Positions 48,021-60,719 of a DNA stretch of 64,000 nucleotides are shown here, one piece after another (position 1 is the first letter of the stretch; the number at the start of each line of letters is the position of its first letter). The stretch is from Neoechinorhynchus agilis (Eukaryota; Animalia; Acanthocephala). Below the pieces are notes generated by a model. The model saw only the letters and a program-made list of their open reading frames with translations. It was not told where the DNA came from and searched no databases. Location: NCBI GenBank assembly GCA_051530055.1, contig CM121342.1:14957480-15021479 (forward strand), read 5' to 3'. The position numbers and the translations under genes were made by a program.

Positions 48021-48090
48021 AGGCCTACACCCGGTAAATGATTATTTATTAAAGACGTTTCGAACCTCGTCAATTTCATCATAAGTTCTC
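48021..48090 (-). mobile_element. Solo PLE pLTR tail with mutated hammerhead core
   Basis: Minus strand GAACTTATGATGAAATTGACGAGGTTCGAAACGTCTTTAATAAATAATCATTTACCGGGTGTAGGCC matches 3213-3280. Confidence 0.75.
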
Positions 48091-49139
48091 TCCTTATTTG
48101 TACTTCATTTTAATTAAAACGCGCGTATAAGAAAACATTGTCTAGTAATTAAAAACTCAATATTATAAAACGCGTCAAAAATTTAAACTGTTTAATTATG
48201 AACATTTTTGCGGCTAATTTGTAATGGAGGGTTACGACATTTGGTCATTTTTGAATAATTTAACAAAAGTTTCGAGCCCATTCTAAAAGGTACCATTTCG
48301 TTGAGTCTAATATAAATCCGAGTTTTGATAATCTCTTGTTTGTTCTCAAAACTGCTCAAAATGGGTCACGTCGCACATATCGACAATGTCACCATTTATG
48401 TTTTCCAGCGAATTATTATAATTGATTTATTTGATAATTTTCTGCTTTAGCGTGGGCCTTCTTCAGTCTATTGTTTAAAAGTTATTACAACGTAAGTTCG
48501 TCATTATGGCGCGAATTGAATTCAAATGGAATCGCGTGATAATTGAGGCCATATTCATTCGAAGGATTGAAACACTTGCAGGGACTAAGACGAACTTTAA
48601 ACTCAATCTTAGCGCAATGTGAATGTAATCATCCCCTACGTGTGGATTTCAGACCTCGATAAAGACAAGATTGTGTCGAAATATATAGGAATTAATAAAT
48701 TTCTTTAAAATATCCCTCATAAACAAGCATCTAATAGTTCAATCTTCAAACAAATGTATTTAGCTAAACGTATTGCTGAAAATTCTTTATTAATATATAG
48801 GCGCATTTGATTTGCTTTATCGTTTTCTTTGTTTTTCTTAAAAACAATGAATTTAATTTATAACATTTTGCAATGCATTTTGTTATATTTACAAAAATAA
48901 GCAAATGTTAATCGTATTTTGCATGTATTATACCCAATCAGAAATTAAAATTTAAATGTATTTAGCTAAGCATATTGCTTGAAACATTTCTTTATTAGTA
49001 AATAGGCGAAGTATAGTGGCTTTTCCTTGCATTTGTTTTTCTATAGGACATTATGTTTAATTAAACTAAAATCTACAATTTACCAAAAGAAATTTATAAA
49101 AATTTGCTTATGGGATATTAAAGATTGAGGATTGCGTTC

Positions 49140-49950
49140 GGGTGCGGTTAAAGATAATCGCTTGTCGACACCCGAGGCAGGTCGCATTAAAGACGAATGT
49201 ATATATTTCGACTGATTGTATCAGTAATTGTCAATTCAATCTAAAAAAATTATAGAGGAATTTTTCACAAACACACGACATGATTGTTCATTTTGACTCG
49301 GGAACCCGAGATCGTCAACTCCGTAGATTGCTTCCCTGGGTGCATTTAAGACAACTGCATGTAGTACACTTTTGCTTTGTTCCCTTCCATCGTGTTGGTC
49401 ATTTCAATATAAATATCGACTCTTTTATCAGTCGATGTAATTTCCCATTTTCGGTACAGAGGACTTCGGTTTTGTCTAATCCGATTGAATGTGTGGTCCG
49501 GTGAGCATGATTTAGAATCGCTGATGTCGCATCGCCACATCGTAAGGCGTATTTTTGTTTCTGCAGCCGTGTAGTTAACGCATTGCTTCACCTACGTAGG
49601 CCCTTTCGCAGTCGTTGCAATGGATGCGGTATACTACGTCAGAACTCGTGTTTTGCTGAGGTTTTCGTTAAAAGATACACCCGTGATAGTCGGGAATTTC
49701 TTGTGTTATAGGCAAACGGAGCATTTTGAGTGTCTAAGTCTCTCTTGCGTATCAGATTAGAGCCAAACCCATCAACGATTTCAGTTCTGATTAAAATGTC
49801 ATTGTTGGGTTTTCCATTGGTCGATTAGGTCGTGAATACCTTTCTTTCTTCCAAAATAACGAGCGTGCTACGCTTATTTTGAAGGCCTGAGGAGAGATGA
49901 TTTCCCAAGATGTGTTTTGCCGACATATTCCAGGTTTCCGGTATATGGAA
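49140..49950 (-). mobile_element. Penelope-like GIY-YIG fragment
   Basis: Minus strand DVVYRIHCNDCERAYVGE; decayed tail TTGACGATCTCGGGTTCCCGAGTC. Confidence 0.7.
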
Positions 49951-50151
49951 GCGCTTACGCCACAACTTGTTCTTACTTACAATAATTATACTTTGCCTTT
50001 AAATTTAATTGAAACTTTATTTGCGGTTGAAATGAAAAGAGCTCGCCATGTTTGAGATTCTAACTTAAAAATAATTTTAGTCTCTGGAAGTACAAATATT
50101 AACTGTATAAATCATTTCGTACATGCGTCTATTAATTAGAAATTTTGGACA

Positions 50152-53030
50152 TTGAAATTTTTTAGGAAAAAGGACGAGACTTCCATCGAGGGAGGAAATT
50201 TGCATGCCGCAACAACGTCCGCCGCTCCGGCTGTTTCGCTCGCTGGCGAGGGGGTGCCCAGTCTCAAATGCAAATCGGTCAAATGCAATGTTTGTCTTCG
50301 TGACTTCAAACCTACTCTCAATGGTCTCGTCCGCTCCGACGGTCAACATGGGTCGCATTGCCCTAGATCCAGAAAAACGCCAACTCAGCCTGCCGCTCCA
50401 CCTTCATCCAACCCATCCAATCCAACCGGACTCACAACGGTGGTCACAGACACGAATGGCCCACCGCCAGCACTCATAGAGATGCTCTCACACGGTACCC
50501 GCTTGATTAGACGAATCTCGCTAGTCGCCAGGCCCTCAGTTGCCTCCAAATTAGCATGCCTGATCGAGCGCATCCTACGTGATCCAACCGTACCATCTGA
50601 CTGGTTCAACCTCCTCGCGTTTCCCAAAGCCGAATTAAGTGTTCCCACACAAACATCTAAAGCCAACGAGAATCAATCGCTTAGCCAAAAGATTCGCAGC
50701 AGGTCCGACGCTTTCCAGTCCCTTCAACAAGTCGATAATCTTGGATGGCAGATCCATCGCAGTAATGCTCCTCACGATCCGGACTTAACCCCGCGCGAAA
50801 TGCTCACCGCCTACAGACGGAGTTGCTTTAAGCCAAATTATGATCCGTCGTTCGCAGAGCCCGATCGCGGCACCCTCATCCCCATTACAGTTTCCACCGT
50901 CACTTCCGCTCTGGTGTCCTTTCCGCCATCGTCAGCTGAAGGGTATGATGGTTTGAGCCATCTACACTTACGGGATTTGACTTACTTCTCTTCTGGAGCG
51001 CAAGGTACGCGATTGCTGAACGCAATCACCGAGCTCATACACATAATCATTCGTGGTTCCGTGCCACCTCCAGTAACACGTCTACTCTGTGGTACCAAGC
51101 TGATCGCTTTCACCAAAAAAGGTGGAGGGGTTCGTCCCATTGCTGTGGGTTGTACCTTCCGTCGATTGGCATCCAAAGTCGCGTGTCAGTTCGCCACCGA
51201 TCGATTGATCGATCAACTCTTGGCGGTTCAATTAGGAGTCGGAAATCCTGCTGGAACCTAGGTGGCCGTACATGCAGCACGAGCGTATAGTCGGAATGGT
51301 ATTCATAAGGGAACGGCTATGGTCATGCTTGACATGGAGAACGCGTTAAATTCAATATGCCGCACCGCGATGACAGAGGTTGTCCACCAGCACATACCAG
51401 AAATCTACCAGTACGTGTCCTTGTGCTACGACCACTCCAACATGCTGCTGTTCGGCGAATTCCAGGTCAAATCAGCAGAGGGCGTTCAACAAGGTAATCC
51501 TTTAGGTCCTCTGCTGTTCTCATTGACGATCAATCATCTTGCACACAGCTCTTCGTCAGAGTTGTCGATGTGGTACCTCGACGACTGTTGCATCGGAGGG
51601 AAAAACGACCAACTCATCGGCGACATCAACAACATCTCCGAAATGGGTGCCGATATAGGACTATTCCTGAGAACGGACAAATGCGAAATAATTTCGGACG
51701 ACCAAGAGGATGCACCAAGACTGCTCACCGTACTACCTGGAGCAAAGACAACTGCAATCGACTCAGCTGACATTCTCGGGTCTCCAATCCTTAACCTGTC
51801 CAACCTGGAAACGTCTCTCTCAAAAGCCATCGATCAATTTCGGCTCACTGCCTCCAGGCTCTTGTACATCGCGTGACACGTCGCTCTGTTCATACTAAGA
51901 CGATGTCTGTCGCTACCGAAGATTGCGTACCTTCTCAGGACTTCTCCATGCTTCAAATCAGTGCCCACAAGGGATTTCGACAGCTGCGTTCGATCAGCCC
52001 TGTCAGAAGTCCTAAACCTACGACTGTTCGATACAGAATGGAAACAGACGACCGTTCCCATTCGATTCGGCGGTCTTGGCATCCAGAGTGCCACTGAAGT
52101 AGAAATTCTTGCCTTTTCGTCATCGATTTCGGTCTCTTCAGACCTGGTGCTGAGAATCATCCCACCACACACTCGACTAGAGTTACACCCACCACCTGAA
52201 CTGATTGAAGCGCACGCTCAATGGATGTCAGTGTTCGGGCAGGTCGTTCCAACGGAAACAAACTCCCAAAAACGTTGGCCTGCCTCGCTCCACACTGCGT
52301 CCTATCAGCAGCTTCTTAACTCATGCTCATCTCCCAACGATAGAGCTTGTCTCCTGGCAGTCTCAGCTCCACACTCCAGCGACTTCTTAAAGGCTTTCCC
52401 AATCACATCTGTTGGCACGAGGCTGGATGATCATTCCATCACCGTCGCTGTGGGACTTCGGTTGGGCATCGAATTCTCAGGCTCATATACGTGTCGGTGC
52501 GGTGAGACAGTGAACGGATCGGGAACTCACGGCCTTGACTGCAAGTGTTCAACTGCTCGCCACGCACGGCACTCAGCAGTCAACCGCATAATCAGGGAAG
52601 CCCCCTCGACGGCCGGTTTTGCTGCTCGACTCGAACCGGTCGGACTTTCCCGGAACGACGGTAAACGCCCTGATGGAGCGACTCTCCTCCCATGGTGTTC
52701 CGGGAAAATACTGGTTTGGGATTTTACTTGCTCCAACACGATCGCAGCGTCCCACCTACGGGATGCCACTTCAAAGTCGGGGCGAGGAAAAGAAGCGGCA
52801 TAAGTACTCCTCGCTCGATGGGCATCAATATATATTCATCTCGATTGCGGTGGAAACGCTGAGATACCTTAGAAAAGAAGTCGATTGATTCATTTCCCGA
52901 CTGGGAAAGATGCTGAAATATGCCACCGGCGACATGTGCTCCAGCAGCTTCCTGTCGCAGCAAATCAATGGGGCGATCCAACGCGGCAATGCCACTGCCA
53001 TCAAGGAAGCTACCAAACAATCATGACGAC
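50152..53030 (+). mobile_element. Near-full-length CRE-clade element (N-terminal zinc finger, RT, CCHC, RLE) with few stops
   Basis: KCNVCLRDFK..H..C; RT motifs; EPVGLSRNDGKRPDGATLLPWCSGKILVWDFTCSNT; stops at 51259 and 51874. Confidence 0.93.
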
Positions 53031-53193
53031 AGTTGCGGAATTGGACGAAAAGGATGAATTTGTGAACGAAGAGAATGAATTATATTTTCAATACAGGAAA
53101 TAGTTTGCTTGCAATAAAAAAAGGTTTTTGTCATTTGTGAGCTTTTATTCGATGATCTGTCTCAACAGAATTACACTTCTTTAGAAAAACAAT

Positions 53194-55194
53194 TCATTTT
53201 TCTAAGTACCATAATTTACTTTTCCGTCGTTCCAAATCACCATATCGCGTGTTAAATATACTTTGAATATTTGTGTTACTAACATCAAGATGAGTTAGCG
53301 TAGAACACTTCATCAAAGGACAAATATATATATGTCGAATCGGATTGTTTGAGATATTCAATAACCTGATGTTTCGTAGGTGAATAAAGGCGTTGTACGG
53401 CAGTTCGTAAAGTTCATTATAAGCAAGATTTAGGAAAATTAAATTATTGAGACTGAAAAACACGTCCAAGGCATTGATATTCTTCAACCGATTGTGAGCG
53501 AGATCGAGCATTTTCATTGAGTTGCAATTAATGAATGAATACGGAGTAATTTCCCAAATTTTATTAAATTGAAGGCAAAGAAATTGGAGGCGTGGAAACG
53601 TGGTAAAGTCGCCATTGTTAATAGTCGATATATCATTTTGACTAATATCCAGCGAGATGCTCTCTTGCCCCTCGATAAATCTGTCAACGTACCGAATTCT
53701 CGTAAGGTTTTTCCTTGTAACCACAGTCACTTTCGTCGGTTTCTTTTTATCAGTGAATAGAACATAGGTTTCTAGGGCTTCTCGGGTAGGAACTGGAATA
53801 AATTCTAAGAGGAAAACAAACTCCATGTAAGTGTAATTGCTCCTCGCTTTATTCGGAAAGATGAAAGTTAAAGGATTATCGCTCACAATTAAGTGCCAAA
53901 ATAAGTTTGGAGGCAAGTCAATTATGTCCAAGTTTCGGGGTTTAATTGAGGACAGATTGAAATAATCAATTAATTCAACGTGGCTAAATAAGTTCGCAGG
54001 TAAACTCACTATGTCATTTTGAGAGATGGAGAAACGCCTTAGTAGAATGTTGTTCTTAAGAATGTTCCCGTTTAAGCTCGATAGCTTGTTTCCATCGAGA
54101 AATAAGTCGGTGAGGTACTTTAGCAAAGAAAAGGCATTTTCGCTGATATACTCAATAATATTAAATGAGAGATTCAATCGTTCCAACCTTCTCCACGTTT
54201 TAAAATCCGAATTGAAAATAATCATGATTTGGTTTTTGGATAATGACAAAGATTTTACCGAAGTGTCTGTAGCTTCATTTCCAGTAGGAACTGACTGCAA
54301 TCTTCCATCCAAAATACCGATATGTGCAAGTCGTGTAATCCACTTTAAATTGCTCAGATTCAAATATAGAGTTGTTCCACCGCGTACTACAAATTCCTGT
54401 AAATTGCAAGAACTAAATTTTTCTTGGAAGATGTATTCTAACTCGGCATCCAACGAAATTTCCAGTACTCTTAATTTTCTAAGTAGGCCAATACGTTTTA
54501 AATCATTTCTTTTCAATATATTACCATGAATTCGAATTTCATTCCATTGTAAATTTTCCCAGAAGTCATTCTTCGGCAAAGTAAGGCTTTGAATTGAGTT
54601 GTAAGATAGATCAATGCACTTTAATTTTTTCATATTTTTCATTACAATAAGACTTCGATGGTCCAATTTGTTATGGGCAAGAATCAAAGATTGTAATCGC
54701 GGTAGATTTCTACTGAGAATCCCATTGATTGAGACTAAAAAGTTAAATGCCAAGTCAAGATTAGTCAAATAATCAAATCCTTCAAATGCGCCCTTTTCAA
54801 TCTCGTCAAATGCAGCATTTAAAATCCTTAGACTTTTAGCGTGCTTAAATTTGCTTATAATTTGTTTCGTTAATTTCCGGTTCTGTCCAAAATTATTTTT
54901 GCACTGTATCTCAACATATTGAGCATCTTGATAGTTTTCGTCAACTATATCCTTCATTTGTTGAAGGGGCACGCCGTTGATTATAATTGCAGGCTGAGGA
55001 AGGGGTATTCCCATATCTCGCCTGTCTTTAAACGGAAGTGAACAAAGTTCACCGAATGGATTTGTTGCTTTATTAGGTAAACCAACAAATTTGACTATGG
55101 GAACAGAATTCGTATGTCCATTCGAATGTCGATTTCCGCAGATTACTGTTGAGACAGTCAATATAAATAGAAGTACTCTAGGATTTTTGAGCAT
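53194..55194 (-). CDS. Secreted LRR protein, paralog 3 (666 aa)
   Basis: Intact ORF; more diverged from paralogs 1 and 2 in the central region. Confidence 0.85.
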   Translation of the reverse strand: MLKNPRVLLFILTVSTVICGNRHSNGHTNSVPIVKFVGLPNKATNPFGELCSLPFKDRRDMGIPLPQPAIIINGVPLQQMKDIVDENYQDAQYVEIQCKNNFGQNRKLTKQIISKFKHAKSLRILNAAFDEIEKGAFEGFDYLTNLDLAFNFLVSINGILSRNLPRLQSLILAHNKLDHRSLIVMKNMKKLKCIDLSYNSIQSLTLPKNDFWENLQWNEIRIHGNILKRNDLKRIGLLRKLRVLEISLDAELEYIFQEKFSSCNLQEFVVRGGTTLYLNLSNLKWITRLAHIGILDGRLQSVPTGNEATDTSVKSLSLSKNQIMIIFNSDFKTWRRLERLNLSFNIIEYISENAFSLLKYLTDLFLDGNKLSSLNGNILKNNILLRRFSISQNDIVSLPANLFSHVELIDYFNLSSIKPRNLDIIDLPPNLFWHLIVSDNPLTFIFPNKARSNYTYMEFVFLLEFIPVPTREALETYVLFTDKKKPTKVTVVTRKNLTRIRYVDRFIEGQESISLDISQNDISTINNGDFTTFPRLQFLCLQFNKIWEITPYSFINCNSMKMLDLAHNRLKNINALDVFFSLNNLIFLNLAYNELYELPYNAFIHLRNIRLLNISNNPIRHIYICPLMKCSTLTHLDVSNTNIQSIFNTRYGDLERRKSKLWYLEK

Positions 55195-56049
55195 TTGCGG
55201 ATGTGACTCACAAAAGATTCACACCCACGAAATTCTCGGTATTAAAGACTGAAAGTGAGTCTATCCATCGTCATCGCATTCTTAGCTTTCACTGTGGAGA
55301 TTGGAAGTAAGAAGTATTCGTTCAAAAGAGCTGCAAAGCATATACTTGCATAGGTTTAATCACGAATAGCGTTTTACAAACGCCAACACGTTTTCTTTTA
55401 GTACCGCTTCAAAGATTTACCCCGTAAACGATGAAGTGTAGCCATCATTGCAGGGAAACATTTTAACAAAAAAGTTCTCCAAGACTCTTATTTTGACTTT
55501 TTCTCTTCATTATTTACAAAGAACTAGAACTTGATTCGAAAGCACTTTTCCTTAATATCGTTCCGTTGCTGGGTTCTTATTTAAGCGAGTTATACCGTTG
55601 AAAACAGTTGAAAATCCCCGAACTGATCAACTTGCGGTTGATCAAATACGAATCTAGAAAGGCTAAAATCTGCTGGTCCTGCTATTTTTATAACCTTAGA
55701 GCCTGGATAGAGCAACCAGCTTACTAAAAGATTGTGTAAACTAAGAGGAATACGGATTGTAATCCGAAGGGTGGTGCTCAACCAAAGGGACGAGTTTACT
55801 TCTTCACTGAACCTGTTGTTTTTCTACCTTTGCAGATCGCGCGTGTCTTTTGAGACCTTTAAGGAGCAAAACTGTGAAATATTGGTCAAAATACGCATTT
55901 ACATTTGAAAAACCTTCAAACAACCTTGATAAATGCACGATATTTTGCCGAAATATCGGATTTAATAAAACTCCTTCAATTTTTCCGCCAAAAACAACAC
56001 GAGTAACTCGATCTGCTTAACTTGCTTAAATAAAGATTTGTTGAATTGT

Positions 56050-57000
56050 CAGCTGATTTTCTCGACCGTGAGTATATTTTTCTTTTTATTTCGTCCGGGT
56101 TAGGATGTATCCGTTCGATTGAGAATATACGGTTGGGTTGGAAGGTATGTTATGGTGGGAATTGGAGTTTATTGCTTGCTGGAGCGCTTGTAGGGTTGGT
56201 CTTTCATCAAAATCATTTCAGGTTATGATCTCCGAGAAGATTGGGCAGCATGGAAAAAGGAGAGTAGATATAGTGAGGTGCGCGGTATAGGAGGGTTAAA
56301 CGAATTAGGATTACGAGTGTTGTGCTCGTGTGAAAAGGGAGCGATATGTGGAAGAAATTATGGTGGTAGGGTGTAGAGGCGTTTCGATTGTTTAATGAAA
56401 ATAGCATCAAGGTATTCGGTGAGTGGGGGAAGTAAGTTGTGCAAATTTTAGATGCTCTTTTGTGAACGTCGGCTTTTGAGGTAGATGAAATGAGTGAAAT
56501 TTCATTTAGTTTAAGGACGAAGCTACGAGTATTGGAGTAGAATATGGTGGGGAAGGGAATTGGTGATTTCGGAAAACCGGGTTGAAGTGAGGGAGATTGG
56601 GTTGCGTTGTTCGTTGCGAGCGGCAGATTAAGGGAGAAATCGTTACAAGATGCCGATATAGTACGATTGATTATCCCGAAGAGAGAAGTCCGGGGGTGAC
56701 TCGAAAATTTAAATTGGGATGAGTGAATGGTAATGATAGAAATGAGTTTAGGGTTGAGACTTTGCATGGATCAGCTACGGTTGGATGGGCCGATTTATGG
56801 TGATTTTGAGTAGGGGTAGAGAGATAATTACTAACTTGATTCGGGAAAAAGAGATTATTTAATGTGGAAGGACTAGTAGATTGACCTTTGTGGTTGTTCG
56901 GACGCCGGTGGAGTTGCACGTAATCGAAGAAATTGGGAAGTTGCTTATTCCTCGATATTTTGGAATGGTGGAGATGTTCGAGGGTGGAGGAGATGTATCA
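56050..57000 (-). mobile_element. Decayed L2/CR1-like fragment (APE start)
   Basis: TIFYSNTRSFVLKLNEI..; block shared with 13500-13610. Confidence 0.65.
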
Positions 57001-57310
57001 CTTCTCTGATGTAAAACATAAGATTCGACCGCCGAAAGTGCTAAAATAATTCATAATAAAAAGAAAGCTTAAGTAGGGACAATCTTAGTATCATTAGTCG
57101 ACGATTTTATCTAGTCGCTCGCAATTTTTCATCATAGGAATAACTTATCGGATCCAAAACCGAAACGGCTCATATTTCTAACAATACAACACATAAACGA
57201 TCTTCCCCGTCATCTCTACTCAAACCCACCGGCTCGGACATAAATCTAATCTTTGACTTGTGGTGATGATAATTCCGCTTAAAAATCATTTTATTTATAT
57301 TTTTGGATAG

Positions 57311-57550
57311 CATACACCCGGTAATAACCTATTTGATTTTTATTTATTTCAGATATTTCACGAGGTAACCTCGCCTCATCAGTCATTGTTTTCGGAGAAA
57401 AATACAAGTTCTCCGAAAACAATGACTGGTGAGGCGTTGTTACCTCGCGAAATATCTAAAATAAATAAAAATCAAAAAGGTTATGACCGGGTGTATGTTC
57501 ACCAAAAGTGTACATTGATTAACCCGAAGGATTTTCTATCGATGATTAAT
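57311..57550. mobile_element. MITE family A palindrome plus tail
   Basis: CATACACCCGGT..CAGTCATTGTTTTCGGAGAA loop TTCTCCGAAAACAATGACTG..ACCGGGTGTATG, followed by the same tail as at 8044-8095. Confidence 0.85.
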
Positions 57551-57619
57551 CATTTTATTGTTCTTAAATATTTCGCGAAGAAACCTTGCCTTATCATTCG
57601 TTGATTGTAAGTTTTTAAA

Positions 57620-59900
57620 TGCAAACAAATCAACAAGCAATAGTGTTCAACGTCATCCAAAAATTCAAGGACCGACGACCACATAATAGCCAACAATCAA
57701 TGCAACCGCCCGAAAATTCTGATAATTCGAAAGCTCAGTTCTCAAAAAAATCTCGACTGAAAATAAGGAGCGAACTGCGTTCATATCGCCTACAATCGAC
57801 GCTACTGACGCAGACACCTTGAACGCGCCACTTATCGATCGCGCTGAACCTGAGAAGACCAACGCTGCCGGGCTCCCACGCGTCTCCACCGGTGTGTGTT
57901 CGGTTTGCGGTAAGTCTTTTAAATTAACCAATTTGGGGTTTTTGTTTGGCCATGGTTCCCGCGATCTTCGCTGTAGCGGGTCTGGTTCTCCACCACGATC
58001 AACCGATCTGTTTATGCCTTGGATCTCCCAGATCACCACTGACTCTATTTCGATACCTGATATCGTGCGGGTTCTGCGCAGGAACGTCCAGAAACGGATC
58101 CCAAAGGGCGCACGATATCAGGTCGCCAAAGCATTTACGGGATTGGTCAACGATTGCCTCTAAAAGAACTGTACGCTTCGCATTTCCGCGCTTAGTCCTT
58201 TGCACGAGTGATGATTCTGTGGTCTTTGACATCAAAAATCAAGGAAATGGTGGCCTCCTTCGAACAGATATTTAACAATTTCGAAATGAAATTTCGCGAG
58301 GTTCGTAAGGGACGCACAAAGGAAGGGGTTTCGTTGCCGTTTTTAAAAAAGTGATCCCTGACTGAACGTGTCTCTTCGAGGCTTGCAAACGGAGATGTTC
58401 GGTGGGGGGGGCTGTTCGGTTATTGTCATCCTCCGACAGTTTCGTACAAGGAGACAACGCGACACTACAAATACTCCGGTCAAAACACCAATGAAGTAGT
58501 AGCAGTTTTGAAATTCCACCTCTTCCCATACAAGACAGGACACCCACTCAAATTTCAGAGTTAAAAAAGGCCATCTCATCTTTTGCAAATGGTTCGGGTC
58601 GTGGGCTTGACGAGCTAACGCCTCAGCACCTAAAGGACATGATGTCCTTTATAACTGGTTAAGGAGCTCTCTCTAGAAAGTGCGCTTTCTCGGTTAGGCG
58701 ACCGCCTGACTGGAGAGAACCTGAATCCCGTTGCAAAAGACCTACTTTTCGGAGCACTATTATGCGCCCTCGCATAAAAAGAAGGTGGGACTCGTCCCAT
58801 CGCCGTATCTTCGACGATACGCCGACTTGCAGGAAAAATTCTCTGTAAACGTATTACAGAGAAAACCGGGCAGCAACTTCGCCCAGTCCAACTGGGATGC
58901 TGCACATCGTGCGGAAGCTATTATCCACGTGCTCCGAAACTTTACTACAAGGAGTTCAGAGCCGTGCGTGATTCTTAAGTGTGATGTTCAGAACGCCTTT
59001 AACTCTCTCAATAGAGAAAACATGTTCTGCGCAATTAGAGATCACACACCAGAAGCCTTCCGGTATTTTCTCAATGCCTACGGAACCATGACTCTTTCGC
59101 TTTTCGAAGACCACCTCATTTGGTCCGAAAGAGGAGTGCAGCAAGGAGATCCTCTCGGACCAATCGCATTCTCCCTAACATTAAATCCAATAGCGCTCTC
59201 TCTCCATTCCGGCTTAAACGCTTGGTACTTGGATTACGTTACGCTCGGAGGTGATCCCTCCGTTGTACTGCGCGATTTGCAGACGCTGATAAGGGAGATC
59301 TCGAGAATGGGCATTGAGCTCAATGCTGGAAAGTGTGAGCTCCTTGTATTAAATATCGCGACACGGTCTCGTTTGCCGAAAGTCAGGAGGAAGGTTCTCA
59401 CGCTATCCTGAGATCAATAGCGTAATTTCTAGGGCGTTGAGACCGGCGAACTTCCCCAACATCTTGGAACCCTCCCATCTTTGTCGACTAGACGGTCGCC
59501 GACCTGACGGAATTTCGGTCATTTCGTGGTGGGAGGGCAAATGCCTCCTTTGGGACGCCACGCGTGTGGATACCCTCGCAGTAAGCACCATTCCGTACTC
59601 TCTCGAAATCCCTGGAGGTGCAGCCAGTGCAGCGGAAGGGAGGAAGGTACGAAAATATAGGGATTTAGCAAGGGGCCACTATTTTGTTACCTTTGGAATA
59701 GGGACGTATGAAGCGCTTGGCAGCTCGGTATTCACTCTGCTCCAAGATCTCTCGAAGAAATTGAGAAAAACGACCGGCGACGCACGAGCAGGTGTATTCA
59801 TGCGACAAAATATCTTGCTTGCTGTACAACCAGGCAATGCTGTTGCTAAGATTTTGAGGACGGTGGTGATTGCACGTTTTGTGCTTTTATTATTTGCAAG
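57620..59900 (+). mobile_element. CRE-clade element, degenerate with internal deletion
   Basis: GVCSVCGKSF..H..C; KRIPKGARY; GVQQGDPLGPIAF; AWYLD; RPDGISVISW..LLWDATRVDT. Confidence 0.9.
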
Positions 59901-60444
59901 AATTGATTTTTTTGTTATTAAATGTTTAAAAACTCACATATTTAAAAACTTACAAGCAATGATTGATAAGGTGAGGTTTCCTCGCGAAATAGTTCAGAAC
60001 AATAAAATGACTTTTAACCGAGATTATCTTCACCACAAGTCAAAATTTACAATCCCGATGGATTTTCTCGATATGAATAATTCCAATTAGTCATATCAAG
60101 AAGACCCTTCGGGATTGTAAACATTGGAGGGTTGGTAAACCTTCCGGTTAAAGATTCTTTTATTGTTATGAAATATTTCGAAAGGAAACCCAGCCCAATC
60201 AGGCATTGTTAAAAATAATTCCTATTACTTTTTTAGAAATATATTTGAATCCTCGCTTCTGCTTCAAAAAAAGCATTTAACTTTTACGTTGTTTTAGTTG
60301 TTAATTTGCCTAAAACCTAAAGCAGTTTTATTTGTTGATTAAAGCTGAATTGTGATTGGTCATTTTGCCGCCAGTGCATTTCGTTATAGAGAATCTTAAT
60401 CTTGTCCATAACCAAAGCTTTAAACACGAAGATTTTTAACGAAA

Positions 60445-60705
60445 ATGTCGGTTGTGCTGGAGACAACAATCGGTTGTGTAACAATTGATCTTTACTACCG
60501 GGAGCGTCCTATATGCACGTTCAACTTTCTGAAGCTTTGCGAACGGAGCCGTTTTCATAGTCAACAGCCGAATTTTATAATCCAAATTTTCCGCCTGTTT
60601 AATCCTAAAAATGCCGGTGAAGACGAAACCGGAAATCCGTGTTCGGAATGCTTGATCAGGAGTACGGTGGCTTCTTTCCAATTGAACGCTCCTCCATCCT
60701 GAAGC
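60445..60705 (+). pseudogene. PPIL4: Truncated, frameshifted 5' duplicate of PPIL4
   Basis: Identical start [34 protein letters not shown], then a 15-nt deletion, frameshifts and an abrupt end. Confidence 0.9.
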
Positions 60706-60719
60706 ATAGTTTTATGCTG

